Assembly: GCA_000165425.1 (NCBI GenBank)
Contig: CT868185.1
Coordinates: 434,001-498,000 of the forward strand
DNA from: Paramecium tetraurelia
Lineage: Eukaryota
Length of the DNA stretch: 64,000 bases
Direction of reading: 5' to 3'
The stretch's first letter is position 1, and every line of letters starts with the position of its first letter. Shown piece by piece: positions 1 through 13,800 of this stretch. Position numbers and translations under genes: made by a program. The notes below the pieces were generated by a model. That model searched no databases, was not told where the DNA came from, and was given only the letters and a program-made list of their open reading frames with translations.

Positions 1-3000
1 CACTAAAGATATTCCATCTGGGCAAAATTGAATTACGAGGGAGTAAGTATATTCATATTCAATTTCCAAAACTCTCTCTTCATTCTTGTTTATGTTCCAT
101 AATATTATTTAATTCTTACTATATATTTGATTAATAGCTAAGGTATTATTATCCTAAGACACTAAAATAATATTCCTTTCCGGCTTATATTAATCAAGGA
201 TCTTTATTCCCGATCCATTTATCTCATCTAAAATCCTTATTTTCTAATCATTAGTCTAAATAATTAATAATGAGCCATCAGGAGAATAAATGATGTATTC
301 TATTTGAATGCCCTCATCTATGTCATTGAATTTCTCACACTCATAAGGAGCTTTGCTAATATTCCAAAAATATAAACTTCCGTCTTCAAATACTGTAGAT
401 AGTATAGGCTTGCAAGGGGAAAATGCCATTGAACAAACACTATTTCTATTTTTAATTTAATTATCCATCAATTTTAGTTCTTTAAAATCATATAAAGATA
501 TTTATTTGGAATACTTGTCTATCGAAGCCAATATTTAATAATTAGCTTAAAATGAAAAATATTTTATTGATGAATAGCAAAAATTGTTATATTCTTCTGA
601 TTCTTGAAATTATTGGCCATCTTTATCATAAATAATAATTTCATCTTGACATTTTTCAAATATAAAATCCTGATAATAAAATGAATTTTGTTCGCTTTTA
701 CTAAGAACTACTTCCTAGAAAGTATTTAAATCTAAAAATCTTTAATTATATTCTCCTATTATTAATCTCTATTCATTACTAGTAATATCAATTTAGGTAA
801 TTTCTTAATCAAAATATATACTATTAATAATTGCTTCAGTATTAAGATCTAATATTAATAGTGTTTAATCTTAAACAATAACAGCAAAATTAGAATTAGG
901 GAATAAGTAAACAGGATAGGAATACTATATATTAGCAAAATAGGCAGAATCATCATACTAAAATTCTCCATAGGCTAAATAGTTTTCTGATCCAATGACT
1001 ATTTCTCTTTCATTGGGTAAGGTTAAATATTAGATTTAATATTCTTTAAACGATAAAACTTAGCATTTACATTTATCTTTCAAATCCCATAATAATAGTA
1101 AATTTGTACATGCAGATACTAATCTATTTCCTGCCTTACTAAAAGCTAAGGCTGAAATCTTTCCAGTATGACCAACTAAGATCTTTTCATTCCTAGTTTT
1201 TACTTCAAATAATTTAATAGTAGAGTCTGCTAAGCCTAAAGCAATCAATTAATCATCTTATGTCGAAGTGTAAACCAAGATTTCTTATTGACACTAAAAT
1301 ATAATATCATTTGGTTTTTCTGTGATAAATTCAAAATTGCAAATTATCAAAATTCCTGAACTATCAACTGAAACTATTTTTTTTCCATCTAAAGTGAATT
1401 TGACTCCTGTGACTGGATGATCGTGATAATCTATTGTAGATATCAAAGACTTAATTTATGGATTCTAAATATCCCATAATTTTATAGTTTTATCTTTACT
1501 ACCAGAAGCTAGAGTTTTATTATCAGCTGAAAAAGCAACTGATAATATTTAATCTTGATGACCATCAAATTGTTATATTAATTTATAATCTTCCACATCC
1601 CAAAGACTTAATAGATTTCCTATTCCATTTGATGCAATTAATTTGCCATTTGAAGAAAATTCAACTAGTCTAACTGGTTCATCTTCTTTTAAAAATGGTT
1701 TTTCTTTACATCTAACATCTTTCCATTCAACATCTGTTAAATTAGCATAATTAAAATTACAAGAATTAATATTAATATTGGTAAATTTAGATTTACTTAG
1801 ATCTGCATTACAAAAACTTAAACCTGAGATGTTAGTATCAATTAACTAAATTTCTGAAAAATTTTCATATCCTAAATAAACATCCAATTAAGATAATAAG
1901 AAAATACTATTTGAAGCAGCATAAATATATTAATTATTTTTTGATAATTTAACAATATTAATAAGAACTCTTTTTATATTATCTAGACTACTTATTTTAT
2001 CTTTAATAAAAGTTAATACTCCTTTAAAATGATCCTTTGAAATATTTAATGCAGGTTTATTATATAATGATTCCATCAATCTGGTAATATATTTCTAATC
2101 CAAATTGTTTTCATTCAAAAATTAAGAGCCAACTTAAAGCAATAAATCTATTATAAATTTAGCAACATAAAATTCTTAAATAGATTTGTGAGTAAATGAA
2201 TAGTTACTTCCTTTAGCATTTAAGAGAATACAACTTCTTATTAATTTATTATAATCAAGTTCCTATTATGAATCATTAAAATAATCATCAAACCAATCAT
2301 CATCATTATATTACTTGATATATTTATTTTTTAAATTCAATTTTCCTTTTTATTAATATGTGATTTAAGATAATTAATTTTTAGTCATATCTATTGCTAA
2401 ATTAGATGAAAATTCTAATATATCTATTTAAAAACTTTCCCAATTTGAAATTTTACCTGTCTCTCTCAACTTTTGAATTTATTANNNNNNNNNNNNNNNN
2501 NNNNNNNNNNNNNNNNNNNNNNNNNNNNNNNNNNNNNNNNNNNNNNNNNNNNNNNNNNNNNNNNNNNNNNNNNNNNNNNNNNNNNNNNNNNNNNNNNNNN
2601 NNNNNNNNNNNNNNNNNNNNNNNNNNNNNNNNNNNNNNNNNNNNNNNNNNNNNNNNNNNNNNNNNNNNNNNNNNNNNNNNNNNNNNNNNNNNNNNNNNNN
2701 NNNNNNNNNNNNNNNNNNNNNNNNNNNNNNNNNNNNNNNNNNNNNNNNNNNNNNNNNNNNNNNNNNNNNNNNNNNNNNNNNNNNNNNNNNNNNNNNNNNN
2801 NNNNNNNNNNNNNNNNNNNNNNNNNNNNNNNNNNNNNNNNNNNNNNNNNNNNNNNNNNNNNNNNNNNNNNNNNNNNNNNNNNNNNNNNAACCTTACTATT
2901 GCTTTGCCATATTAGGTAATACTTAGACAATAATTTCAAACATGAAGGGAGTTGATAATAAATCAGAAATACCTACGTTTTCAATGGCCTTTTCAAATTT

Positions 3001-6000
3001 ATAAACACTCCATAAGGATGCCAAATCTTTCCTGAGGCCTGTAATCTATTCCTCTTTTAAATAATTAAATGGAGAATGCTATAAAATTTTGTTAATTAAT
3101 TCTTCCCTCTAGGAACTTTCAAAAATTGATTCTGATTATTCTTTATATGAATTTTAAATCCTGTTTTAAACTTCTACATTAACATAGTACCATATTTTTA
3201 AAAATTCATCTAAATTAAAATTTTATTATGCAATCTATTTCAAGAAATCATAAACTGCTCTTATTTTTCTCTTTACACTAAGTTCGACATATTGAATTAA
3301 ATAATTACTTTTTTAAACTTCATCGAAATCCTAGATCTATACTTCTTTTAAATTCTTTATGCTATTTCCATAGAACCAAGTTTAATAACCCAAAGTGTTT
3401 AATATTTCTCTTCTGGTTGTGATGATTATCTTGACTTATTTTTAATTTTCATCAATATTCAAATCATTAATTAACTTATTTGTTATAACCAGATTTTATT
3501 AGATGCAATCCTATTTCATTTCATCATAACTATCAAGTATTAAAATGATATATTCTTTTTTATTTTAAATCGCATCTTTAAATTCTCTAAGTTAATATTT
3601 ATCAAATTAATAATTCTCAGATTCTAAAGCTTATTCAAATATATTATATTTTGGATTTTTTAAGGTTGGAAGTGATACAAAGATAGGAATCCATTTAGAA
3701 TTAATTTCTTTTTATTTCCATAGAAATTCTTCAATTTTTCTGGCTGCTTTACTTTTACCAGAACCAGCATTTCCTGAAAGTAACATAACATCATTTGATT
3801 TAGATTCATCCCAAATAAATTCATTAACTTCTCCTGTGAAATCATTCCATTATTCACTCATTAAATTGGTAATTATTACTCCATCTTTGGATTTAATACT
3901 TGCTCCAGTAACAGGATCATATTCAATAGTTTTTAATTATACATATACAGAATCTACTTCTGCTAATCTAGATTATAATAATATCTTTTATTTTCTTATT
4001 TCTAATAATTCATCATATCTTTTTCCTCTTAATTTACGAATATCATCCCCAACTTAATTTAAACTCTCTTATAAATTATCAATCTAACTTTTTATTTACT
4101 TCACATCTTTTGAGATATCCTTTAAAAATATTAAACTTATATCCATTTTCTCCGACATTTCAGTAATATTATCATTATATTGTTCAAGTTCTTCATAAGC
4201 TAGCTTTAGTTATTATTTAAGTTGCTCTTTAATTTATGAATTTCCTTCAAGTCTTATTTCTTATGAAATGCTTTCTATGCTGTTGATTCTTAATTTTATT
4301 TCTTATTTTATTTACTCTGATGTAGATTTGATATCCTAAGAAAAAAAAAGTTTTTACATTTCAATTAATTCCTTATTTTTCAATAGATTTCTGACTCTTT
4401 AATCTTTTTCAAAAACCCAAAGGTATTGAATCAGTTTTGATGAAAACTCTACCATTTTGTCTTCTTTAATTCCTTACTATAACTTTATTAAATTAAAAGC
4501 TAAGCATTCTCTAATTTTATAATCATTGCTTAAATCAAATACATCAAATATCGACTTTTTTATTTTTACTTATTCGCATAGGTTATTGATTATATTTAAG
4601 TATAAAGGGTCTAAATTTTGAGGTATTTTATCCGAACTTTATTATTTTAATTCAAAGAAAGCTAAAGTTTCTTATAAAGTTGATTCAACTTACTCAATTT
4701 ATTAATCATTTCCTTTTTCAATTTAATGATTTTATTAATCATCCTCTTGTTTACTTTAAATGATACATTTGCAACTCTCTCTCTCTTCTTAACTTTATCC
4801 CTTTAAATTTTCAATAAAATTAATAATTGAAGTTTTAATTTAAAATTTGGATTCTACTTGTTACATTTATGTATTGCAGTTATTGACATGAACTTAAATT
4901 TCTTCATTATCTGGTTATTAAAGTTAATTTATAATTAACATTAATAATTGTTCTAATAATTTCAGTAATTTATTAGTATCCTTTATCATTTTCAAATCTT
5001 TATCAACACAAAAATGACAGAAATCTAAATGCTTATTCTTTCTGATCCAATTTTAGAAAGTCAATTTTTTGACATCTGCCAGACTATTATCAAACTCTCC
5101 TTAATTATTTTGAATTTCTCTTATAACATTATCATATTTTTCCATTTAATTGTTTAAAGCCTCAAAGTCATAATATTCATTCTAATTTTATAAAACGATA
5201 AATTGAGCTTTTTGCATGAATTTAATAACTTTTGATTTTATTGTTTTGGTTTATTAGCCTCTAATATTTTCTTTTTCATATTGGATCATCTAATAATCCG
5301 TTTTTATTTATTAAAGGAGTTATTTTTTTTTTTCTTTAATCTTATTACTTCCTTTATCCAGGTCTTTTGATTTCAAAATATATTCTAATTTTTCCTTTTA
5401 TTATGTTAACTACTTGATAAGCATTTATTTAAAGTCTTAATAAATCTTCTATTACTCTTGAATGGCTAAACGTTTTTCCTCATCTAGGTTTTAGTCAAAT
5501 GTGCTAATTTTGTATTAGTGGATTTAGCAAAATTGTTTCATTAGTTTTAACATTTAAAGGCTAAAAGTACAATTTCTATAAATTTTTTCAATATCATCTT
5601 TATTTGCAACTTAACTTTGACCCAAATCAAATCTATCCGAAAAATTAGTAACTAATTATTACCATATTATTTTAATCCATTAACCTGAACATATAGTATT
5701 TGACATAGCTTATATTTATAAAGGAGGAAAATTGATATTGTAATCATGTGTTTTAATACTTGATGCTGAGAAACAAAATTTTTGTTAAAATTCCTTTATA
5801 TTTATTATGCATTATTATAATATTAATGATTTTTTGGAATTATATTAAGAACTCAGGTGATTTTGAATCAAAAATTTGGAATTTACATCATCTAGAACCT
5901 ACTTTTTTGATATTGGATTTAAACTAATTTCAGACAGATAACTCAAATACTCTACCACTTTTAGAAAATTTTAGACAAAATCTTCCAAGATGACTTAAAA

Positions 6001-7421
6001 TTTAACCTTAATAAATTCTTCAATACTCTAAAAAATCTTCTTTAATTTTTCTTAAACTTCAGACTTTAATTTTTCAAAACAAGGAAAAAGCAATTTTAAT
6101 TTTTCAAATTCAATAGTAGATCTTTCTATGATAAAAAGTAGATAATAAAAGGCCTATCTATATTCATCTAAAAATTATTATCTAAAAACGATATAATCAT
6201 CTTAGAGTAATTTGATTTAAAGCTATGTATTATCCTATTAAGTAAAATAATCTGTAAATGATTCTTAAATTTATTAGTAAAGGAGAACTAATTCATCTAA
6301 CTAAGAATTAAATCTTTCAATTTACTTTTCTATAAATAATAAATCATTATTTTGTAAAACTATTTCATAATCCTTTATAATAGTTTCTTGCTTTTTTTTA
6401 AAGCTAAAATTTTTATAGAAATTCCAAAGATGAATTTCTTTTGAAAATTATCCTTTTAAAAGAGACTCTGAAATTAATTTAAACTTGGGAATACTCTATT
6501 TTTCCATTAAGTTGTTTATTTCTTTGCTAAAATATTTTACTTGATTTTGAAATAACACTGCAGACCCTTAATTTCTATTCTATGGAAGACTAAGAATTAA
6601 GTTATTTTCAATTAAATTATTCCACATTGATTATTATTCTATTGGAGAACCTTTAACAATTTCAAATTTATCGAGAATGGGTCTATATGCTAAAATATCC
6701 ATTATCATTGATATCCAACTAAAATGAATGATCCAATTATCTGAATTTAGAATATATTATTAAAATGCATCTTTTAGTTATTTCAATTAATTATAGACTG
6801 AGTACTAAGATTTTAATTGCCTCACGATAGTCCATTTAAGAGTTTGGAATAAATAATAAGTAGCATATACCTCTTCAGGATATAATACTTTGTCTTTATA
6901 TTGTAAAAATAAAAATTTAGCTCCTTCAATAAGACTTGGGATTAAGTCTTCAGTAGGTGACATTGCCAAAGCTGACTAAGCTACATTTTTAACAATATTT
7001 ATTAATAAATTTTTTCCTTCTTCTGAATTGGTTTGACAATTCATCAACATTATTTTCATAAGAGTTATTTCATATTCTATTCCTGTATTCCATACATTTG
7101 CTTATTCAATGCTCAATTACCCTTTAAATTCCTCTACATCTTGTAATAATTCTTATTGCATAGTTAATTCCATTTTTCGATCCTCATTCTGTATTTAAAA
7201 TGAATATATAATTCTCAAAAAATCATTACAAATTTAAAGAACTTAATAACATAAAAACCATGAAGATCTTAAATAAATGGGAAGAATTTTTAGCAATTCC
7301 CTAAAAGAATTCAAAGATTTTGTATATATTGATTAAGTTAAATTTTGGTTAACGCAACAAGTATTTAAATGTCCTCTATTATACATAAACCATTAAAATG
7401 CAATTATTACTTCATTTCTTT
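1..7421 (-). CDS. Giant NACHT-pentapeptide-WD40 (NLR-like STAND) protein, paralogue A1; partial (start lies in N-gap, 3' end beyond window)
   Basis: With TAA/TAG=Gln it reads [24 protein letters not shown] (Walker A, ~3750-3790), [13 protein letters not shown] (NACHT-type Walker B, ~3515-3555) and [11 protein letters not shown]. Pentapeptide repeats [33 protein letters not shown] follow (~1740-1840), then WD40 repeats ([32 protein letters not shown]). Same frame at checkpoints 1248, 3759 and 7392. Confidence 0.9.
2485..2888. other. Assembly gap (N run) inside A1
   Basis: N run whose flanks align to about 17990-18410 in A2. Confidence 0.98.
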
Positions 7422-7571
7422 NNNNNNNNNNNNNNNNNNNNNNNNNNNNNNNNNNNNNNNNNNNNNNNNNNNNNNNNNNNNNNNNNNNNNNNNNNNNNNN
7501 NNNNNNNNNNNNNNNNNNNNNNNNNNNNNNNNNNNNNNNNNNNNNNNNNNNNNNNNNNNNNNNNNNNNNNN
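7422..7571. other. Assembly gap (N run), probably under-sized; hides the A1 start
   Basis: N run of about 150 nt. The equivalent interval in the next unit (about 22942-23660) is about 700 nt and contains the ATG and the LRGG motif. Confidence 0.9.
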
Positions 7572-9225
7572 TTATTTAGTTCCAGCTATTCATACACGAA
7601 TTTTATTAAACAATTATTTTTAGCGTCAATAGAGTATAAATAAACAGAGGATCCGAATGACCTGCCACAAAATTAATTCCTTATGGAACAATCTTAAGAA
7701 TTTTTACTTCATAGTTTATTTTATAATTCAAGCAAATTTATTTAAACTTTTCTACTTTCCATACAGTAATTGAACTTATGAAATCTACTTAATTTTAATA
7801 TTCCTGTTATTAGAAAATCCCCTTTTGGTGAAAAGCAATAGAACTAATATAATTTTTAATTCTTTAACAGTCTAAAATTGAACAAGATCTTTCTAGTCTT
7901 GAAAAAAGCAAAATTTACAAACTGGTTGAACACATCTAGGACAAATATTTTGATTTTATGAAAATTCAGATAGAAAATATATTTTGATTACAAATTAAAT
8001 TATTAGACAAAAATTAACCAAATATTAAGTTGCTATCATTTGAATATCTAACCTTAATTTATTTATCGTTTAATTATGTGCATTTTTTCTAATGGTAATT
8101 TAATATTCACGATTTATATGATGTTTACTTGCTTGAAGCAAATAATTACCATATCCTAAAGAAAACGGTTTACATTTTGAATTATAAACTGCTTTAGATA
8201 AATTTTCTACAAACTTAACTTATCAATATTATTAAATATATCTTTATTTAATTGAAGTTATCTTTAAATTAAATTAATAAGTTATTAAAGAAGATAGCCA
8301 TATCGATTATTTAGGTTATAAATTCATTTCTTAATTTTTACTATTTTTCTATTTTATTGATTCTTAAAAACTATAGTTTATTCCTATTTGCAATAACTAA
8401 TATTTCCGATGATTAAAATTAAATGATTTCTCCAGTAAAATCTTCAAAGTTATGAATGATTTAAAGATTTTATAACTCCAAAATTTGCAATGAAGGAGTC
8501 AAGCTTGCCAAATATTTACTATCTGGTGAAAAGCAAGTACAATTTTAATTTTCTATACCCTATAACTCATTTTTATGAATTGTTGGATACACCTTTAAGA
8601 CTTATACCTAATTACTAAGTTTTAGAGCAATTTCTTACTTCCTAGAATTAAAGGCACAGCTCAGAATTACAGATTGTATTTGAGAGTTTAAGTTATTTGG
8701 TAATTAACTATTTAATCAATATCATGGATAATTATGCTATTTACAAAAGTTATTTTAGAATAAACTCACAATACATTCTAACATCCAAGAATTCTCTAAT
8801 TAGTACATGGAAAAATAGCAATTACTATCATGTGAAAACTATATAAATAAAACATTATAGAAATTTAAACATTTAAAACCTAAATCATATACACTAATTT
8901 CTCTTAAAAACCTTTGTTCCTTTTCTAATAGCAAAACAACCATATCTTCATTTTGAGAACAAAAAATTAGAGAAAATGCTTCTCTAAAAGACAAAGAGAA
9001 TTTTCTTTTTTTTGAAAATTCCATAAGTATATTTGATTAACATAGAATAAGAATTTAAGGTTGATGGAAAATTGAAAAAAAATCAATTTTATTTGTTTCA
9101 GGACGAGTCAATACAGTTTTATGCAATTGTGTCGCTATATTTTATTTTTGAACTGATCCGTCAGTGTATAAAGTAAATATTCTATTTGAATCTTAATCAG
9201 AAAGAAATATATTTTTATTTGTTAT
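7572..9225 (-). pseudogene. Relic 1 of the 3' (WD40) end of NACHT-WD40 paralogue B
   Basis: Aligns by eye to about 38870-40540 (shared CTCFSPDSKYLASLTPSLQILEL block at 8480-8545 vs 39840-39905). Has indels and a 95-bp frame-breaking insert, and lacks the 5' portion. Confidence 0.85.
8677..8773. mobile_element. 95-bp TA-bounded insert, IES-like, retained in relic 1
   Basis: gattgTA-tttgagag...ctcacaa-TAcattc here versus gattgTAcattcc (single TA at 40039-40040) in intact B. Confidence 0.65.
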
Positions 9226-9229
9226 CGAA

Positions 9230-9850
9230 AACTTCTACTCTTCATACTCCTTATATATTATTCTCTATGATTCAGCAATCCTTTATATTATGTTAATTTA
9301 AAATTTAGACGAATTAGATCTGAAATTTTCTCAAAGACAAAATTAGCTACATTATGTAGAGTAAGCATTTTATAAGTGGATTATTTAATGTTTGATGATT
9401 GCATGCTTATTTGAATCAATAAAATTATTGAAAAGCATCCCTTATATAAATATTGATTTTGGTTGTAAAAAATAAATTCATTGATTAGATAACATTTAAT
9501 TTCCTGAATTAACAAGAATAATATGATTTTTAGTAAAGTATCAAAATTTGTTGAACATGAAGTGGAATCACTAATGAAATACAATAACAATTCTTTTAAA
9601 TAATTGAGATATCAACCATTTCCTTATATAGTATTTTCTATTGGGAAAGAAAGTATAATAATGTTCAGTCTATGATAGCCATTCAAGAAATTTGATTAAA
9701 TAAACAATTACAATTGTTTATTCATAGAGAAAGTATTAATCCAATTTAAAATTAGAGGCATCATCATAAGTAAATTAATCTGTAATAGATGATTTATTAA
9801 ATATAAACAACCAAAATTACAAATTATATTAAGTTTCAATCATTTTTATG
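9230..9850. pseudogene. Degenerate duplicate of the unidentified segment at 51700-52500
   Basis: Shares blocks such as ttctctatgattc, tgaagtggaatca and atcatcataagta.attaatctgtaatagatgatttattaaa with 51720-52470. No intact ORF recognised. Confidence 0.55.
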
Positions 9851-10329
9851 ATCTATCATTTTATTTATTGTTCGAATAATATTGACTTTTGGATACTCAT
9901 TTCTTTTTCTTACAAGAAGACATCTGATATTTCAGGAATAAGATCTATTGAGATAACCGGTAGATTGGGTAATGCCTAGATAATTAATTCAATAAAATAC
10001 TTTGAGTATTCCTTCCAATCCTTGTTTTACTAATTATTAAGTTCCAGAATTCAAGTTTATTACATGATTAAGTAATATAACTAATTCATTATCAGCAAGA
10101 TATAAAATTTCTCCTAATCCAAGTTATTGTTATTTGTAAGTAAGTCAATCTACCTACTGAATCACTAATATAATATCAGCTGATCCAGAGAGTATGACAG
10201 TATAAATTTTTGAAAAAGGGAAGTAGCAGAAATGACTGAGTCACTAATCTAGGAATAAAGGACAAGTCTTAAAGTTACAAATTTATCTTGGAATGTGAAA
10301 TTAGATTAGATAACAATCCTGCTTATAGG
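9850..10329 (-). pseudogene. Relic 1 of the 3' part of the LRR gene
   Basis: Aligns to about 52822-53324, including the remnant 25-nt intron. Truncated at ...ctgcttatagg. Confidence 0.85.
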
Positions 10330-10810
10330 ATTTAGGAATCAAAATACTATTGGATAGAAAATCATATATCTAAAATAATTAAAAACTAATAGAACAGCTG
10401 CCCTCATATTAAGAAAACAATTATTTTGTATTGTTAAGGTGAATCAAAATCTATTGATGAATTTTGGTTTTGATATAATCCTTTTAGACATTAAGAATGA
10501 ATCTTCGCAATCTTTTGCTAACAGAACTTCAAATTATAGAATCAGTATAAATCTTGATTTGATTGCCTAGAATGTATCTAAAACAATAAATAATCTAATT
10601 AACGGTTAAAACTTAGCAATCATAATATCAAATATTTCGACCCAATCGAATTCAACAGAAGTCTTATGGAAGGATTCATTATTATATAGTTGAGCTTTAA
10701 GACTAAAATTGATAAATTTTTATTAGAACTGTCAGAACTGTTATTATCTGTATTATTATGATGGATATTTATATAAATTATATATTATTTTGTATATTTT
10801 TAATAATATT
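10330..10810. repeat. Duplicated spacer segment (second copy at ~25490-25970), possibly a decayed gene fragment
   Basis: Near-identical to 25490-25970. One minus-strand frame gives protein-like text (FHKTSVEFDWVEIFDIMIAKF...LLAKDCEDSFLMSK) but no recognisable family. Confidence 0.6.
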
Positions 10811-10815
10811 CTATA

Positions 10816-13800
10816 TCATTCTCTTGCTCCTTTTTATCTGAATAGTTAAATGATTGATTTGTCATTTTAAGTGATTTTTGAATCCTTTACTATGCATTAA
10901 TTGGCTAATAATAAAGATTATCTGGAAAACGATTTATAACAAATTAGTCTGAAATCTTTTTTAATATTTTCAACTACTTAAATTTAACTCTATTCTTGAT
11001 TTTCATCGTTTTGTTTTATGTTTTAATCATTCTTAATTTATTCAACTGAATATAAATTTATAGATCCATCAGAAATTGCAGCTGCAAAATCAGTTCCATT
11101 AGGACTGAAAGTAAAACTATTCACTTAATTATTCTAATTTTCTATTTTCTAATTTTCTTCAAATTTATTTAAATCCATATCATTAGAGTTTGTTAAATCC
11201 CGAAAATAAATTGTACCAGTTTCACTACCAACAATCAATTGGGTTCCTGAAGGATTGATACTGAAAGTAGGACATTTTTCGAGACTTTTTAATGATACCT
11301 ACCTAATCACAGTTAATTTCTTTGAATCTATAATTTTTACTATTAATATGAGAGCATCATACAATATAGCAAATATTGAATCCACAGATGCTGATACAAT
11401 TGATTTGGCTTCATTATCTTTTATGACTCCTTCTAATTTGCTCTCTATAATATCCAAGGTAGGAGTAAACAATATAGGACTCCCACTTATTAGTGTAATT
11501 AAATTTTAAAAATCTGATGAATATATAAGGCCATTTACTTTTTTATCATTTAACTCTAATGTATGTAATTATTTAATCCTAATTAGTTATTATGAGTCTT
11601 ATGAATTGTAAACTAAAAACTTTCCATTTGCTGAAATACAAAGATTTTTTTTGCCGTAAAATTATAGATCATAAACAGCTACTTATTAACATTTTCCATC
11701 ATTTATAAATTTCCATACCTATATTTTATTATCAAATACACAAACATAGTATTGTTATTTTGAAGCAAATGAAAGGCTTCTCAGAGGTTAAACTTAAAAA
11801 CTGTTGTAAAGTAATTTTATATTATCTAATTCTCTGATATCTAAAATATTGATTTCCTTTTGATTTCCTATTATTAATGTCTTTAAATCTATAAGCATAG
11901 CATTGTTTCCAGACCATTTATCAGTTTTTAAAATTTGCTTTTCCGTTCTTAAGTCCCATATTATAAAGCCTTATTAATTTAATTATACAATATAATCTCC
12001 ATCTTAAGTGGAGGTAAAGTCTAATGGCTATAATTTTTCATCTATTAAAATTTTACTTTATCCAGGATTCAAAAAGCAAATCCTTTTCTTTCCATATTCA
12101 CTATAGTTTAAAACTGATAAATGCTTAGGAGAGAATATATAAATATCACAACTGTCGATTTACCAAATATTTTTTAATTTTAATTTGAAATCTTCTTAAA
12201 CAGAAAAAATACAAATTTTTTCTTTTTAACAACAAACCAGTTCATTGCCTTCATTTATAAATTATAAATTTTTAGTTGATTGTTTTTGAATCAAAGTAAC
12301 ATCTTTAATAATTGATTTCTCATAATTCCATAAATAAATTTTATAATCGCTTGTAGCCAAAGCCACTAAACTTTCATTTTAAGAAAATGCTGTAATGCCA
12401 TTATAATTTTGAATATCTATTTAATACTTTTATTATTTATTGAGATTGACTAAGAAAATTTGAGTATTCTTATGGGAATAAACTATAAAATTGCATGACT
12501 TAGAAAACTATAAAAAGTAATCTAATTATTAAAATTCTAATTTAGTAACAATTTCTTTTTATTTATTTTTTATGTCCCACTTTAATATCTCACAACTTTC
12601 TGAAGCTGTATAGAGAATGTTTGAATCATCTTTGCTAAATTCAAAAAACTTAAGAGTTCCTTCAAAATCTAAATTCACATCTTCTTATTTTTTAGAAATA
12701 TCAACTATAATGATCATAGATCTTTACCTTTAGTAAATAGCTAAATATCGATCTTCCTATGATATAATAGACTGTTGAGAATTGTTAAGATTCTTGATTT
12801 CAGATTGTATTTCTCCAGAAATGCAGTCTATTAATTTTATTTAATCTTAATCCATTAATATAAATTAGTTTTAACTGTTTGATAAATAACAGCTCTAAAA
12901 TTAGATTTTTAGATCAACTAAAGGCATTTACTTTTACATTTAATTAAGATTTGATATGATAATGGCATTACTATTTATTGATACCAAGTAATCTTGGTAA
13001 TCATATTTAATTATATTAATTTAAATAATGGGTGGTTCTATTAAAATTTTCGATTACTTTTTCCAACTATTATTTGTTTTTTACCAAATAATCATAATAT
13101 TTTTATTATCTATTGATAATAATTGTCGACCATAATCCCATGATCTAATCATTACAACTTCAAATTAATGTCCTTCAAGAATATCAGTTTAGTCAGTTGA
13201 TAAATTATGAATTTTAACTAGATTATCATAACCTTAAAATATATAATCCTCATCATCTGACAAACAAATAGGATTGATCCCATATTAAAAGATTTCAAAT
13301 TTTTTATCTTTTTAATCTATTTTATTCAAACTCCAAACTTAAATTTTCGTCACTATTTTTTATTTACTATCTTTTTATTTGCCTCCATCATTTGAAATAG
13401 TAGCAAAACAACCTGATGGAGAAAAATGTAAGAAATCTGGAAATAAATATAGCTCATTTATTTTATAGAATAAAGTTGTCTCCTAAGGAAATTTAACATC
13501 CCACAAACATATTGATCCATCAATACTTCCTGATGCCAACCATTTAGAACAAAAAGAAAATTCTAAACATTTAACAGCCAACTTATGTTATTTTAACATA
13601 ATAATAAAGTTTTTTTCTATTAAATCCCATAAAATAATTGAGCAATCTCCACTACATGAAGCAATAATAAGACCATCTTTTGAGAAGGCAACTTAGTTTA
13701 CACATTGTTAATGTCCTTTTGAAACATTTGATTATTCACTTTATTCAATATTCCATAATTTAATTTATTAGTCATCACTTGCAGAGGCCAAACATTATCC

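Noticed and set aside
2406..2939. Track ORFs spanning N runs (also 7369-7643)
   Set aside because: Artefacts of N gaps containing no stop codons.
3660..4057. Repeated small ORFs MNNGMISQ... and MKSFHYSL... (also 19180-19577 and 47259-47456)
   Set aside because: Off-frame or antisense shadows of the duplicated NACHT region. The true frame is visible only with TAA/TAG=Gln.
8677..8773. The 95-bp insert as a spliceosomal intron
   Set aside because: No AG acceptor at the required position, and it is far longer than the 23-30 nt introns in this window.
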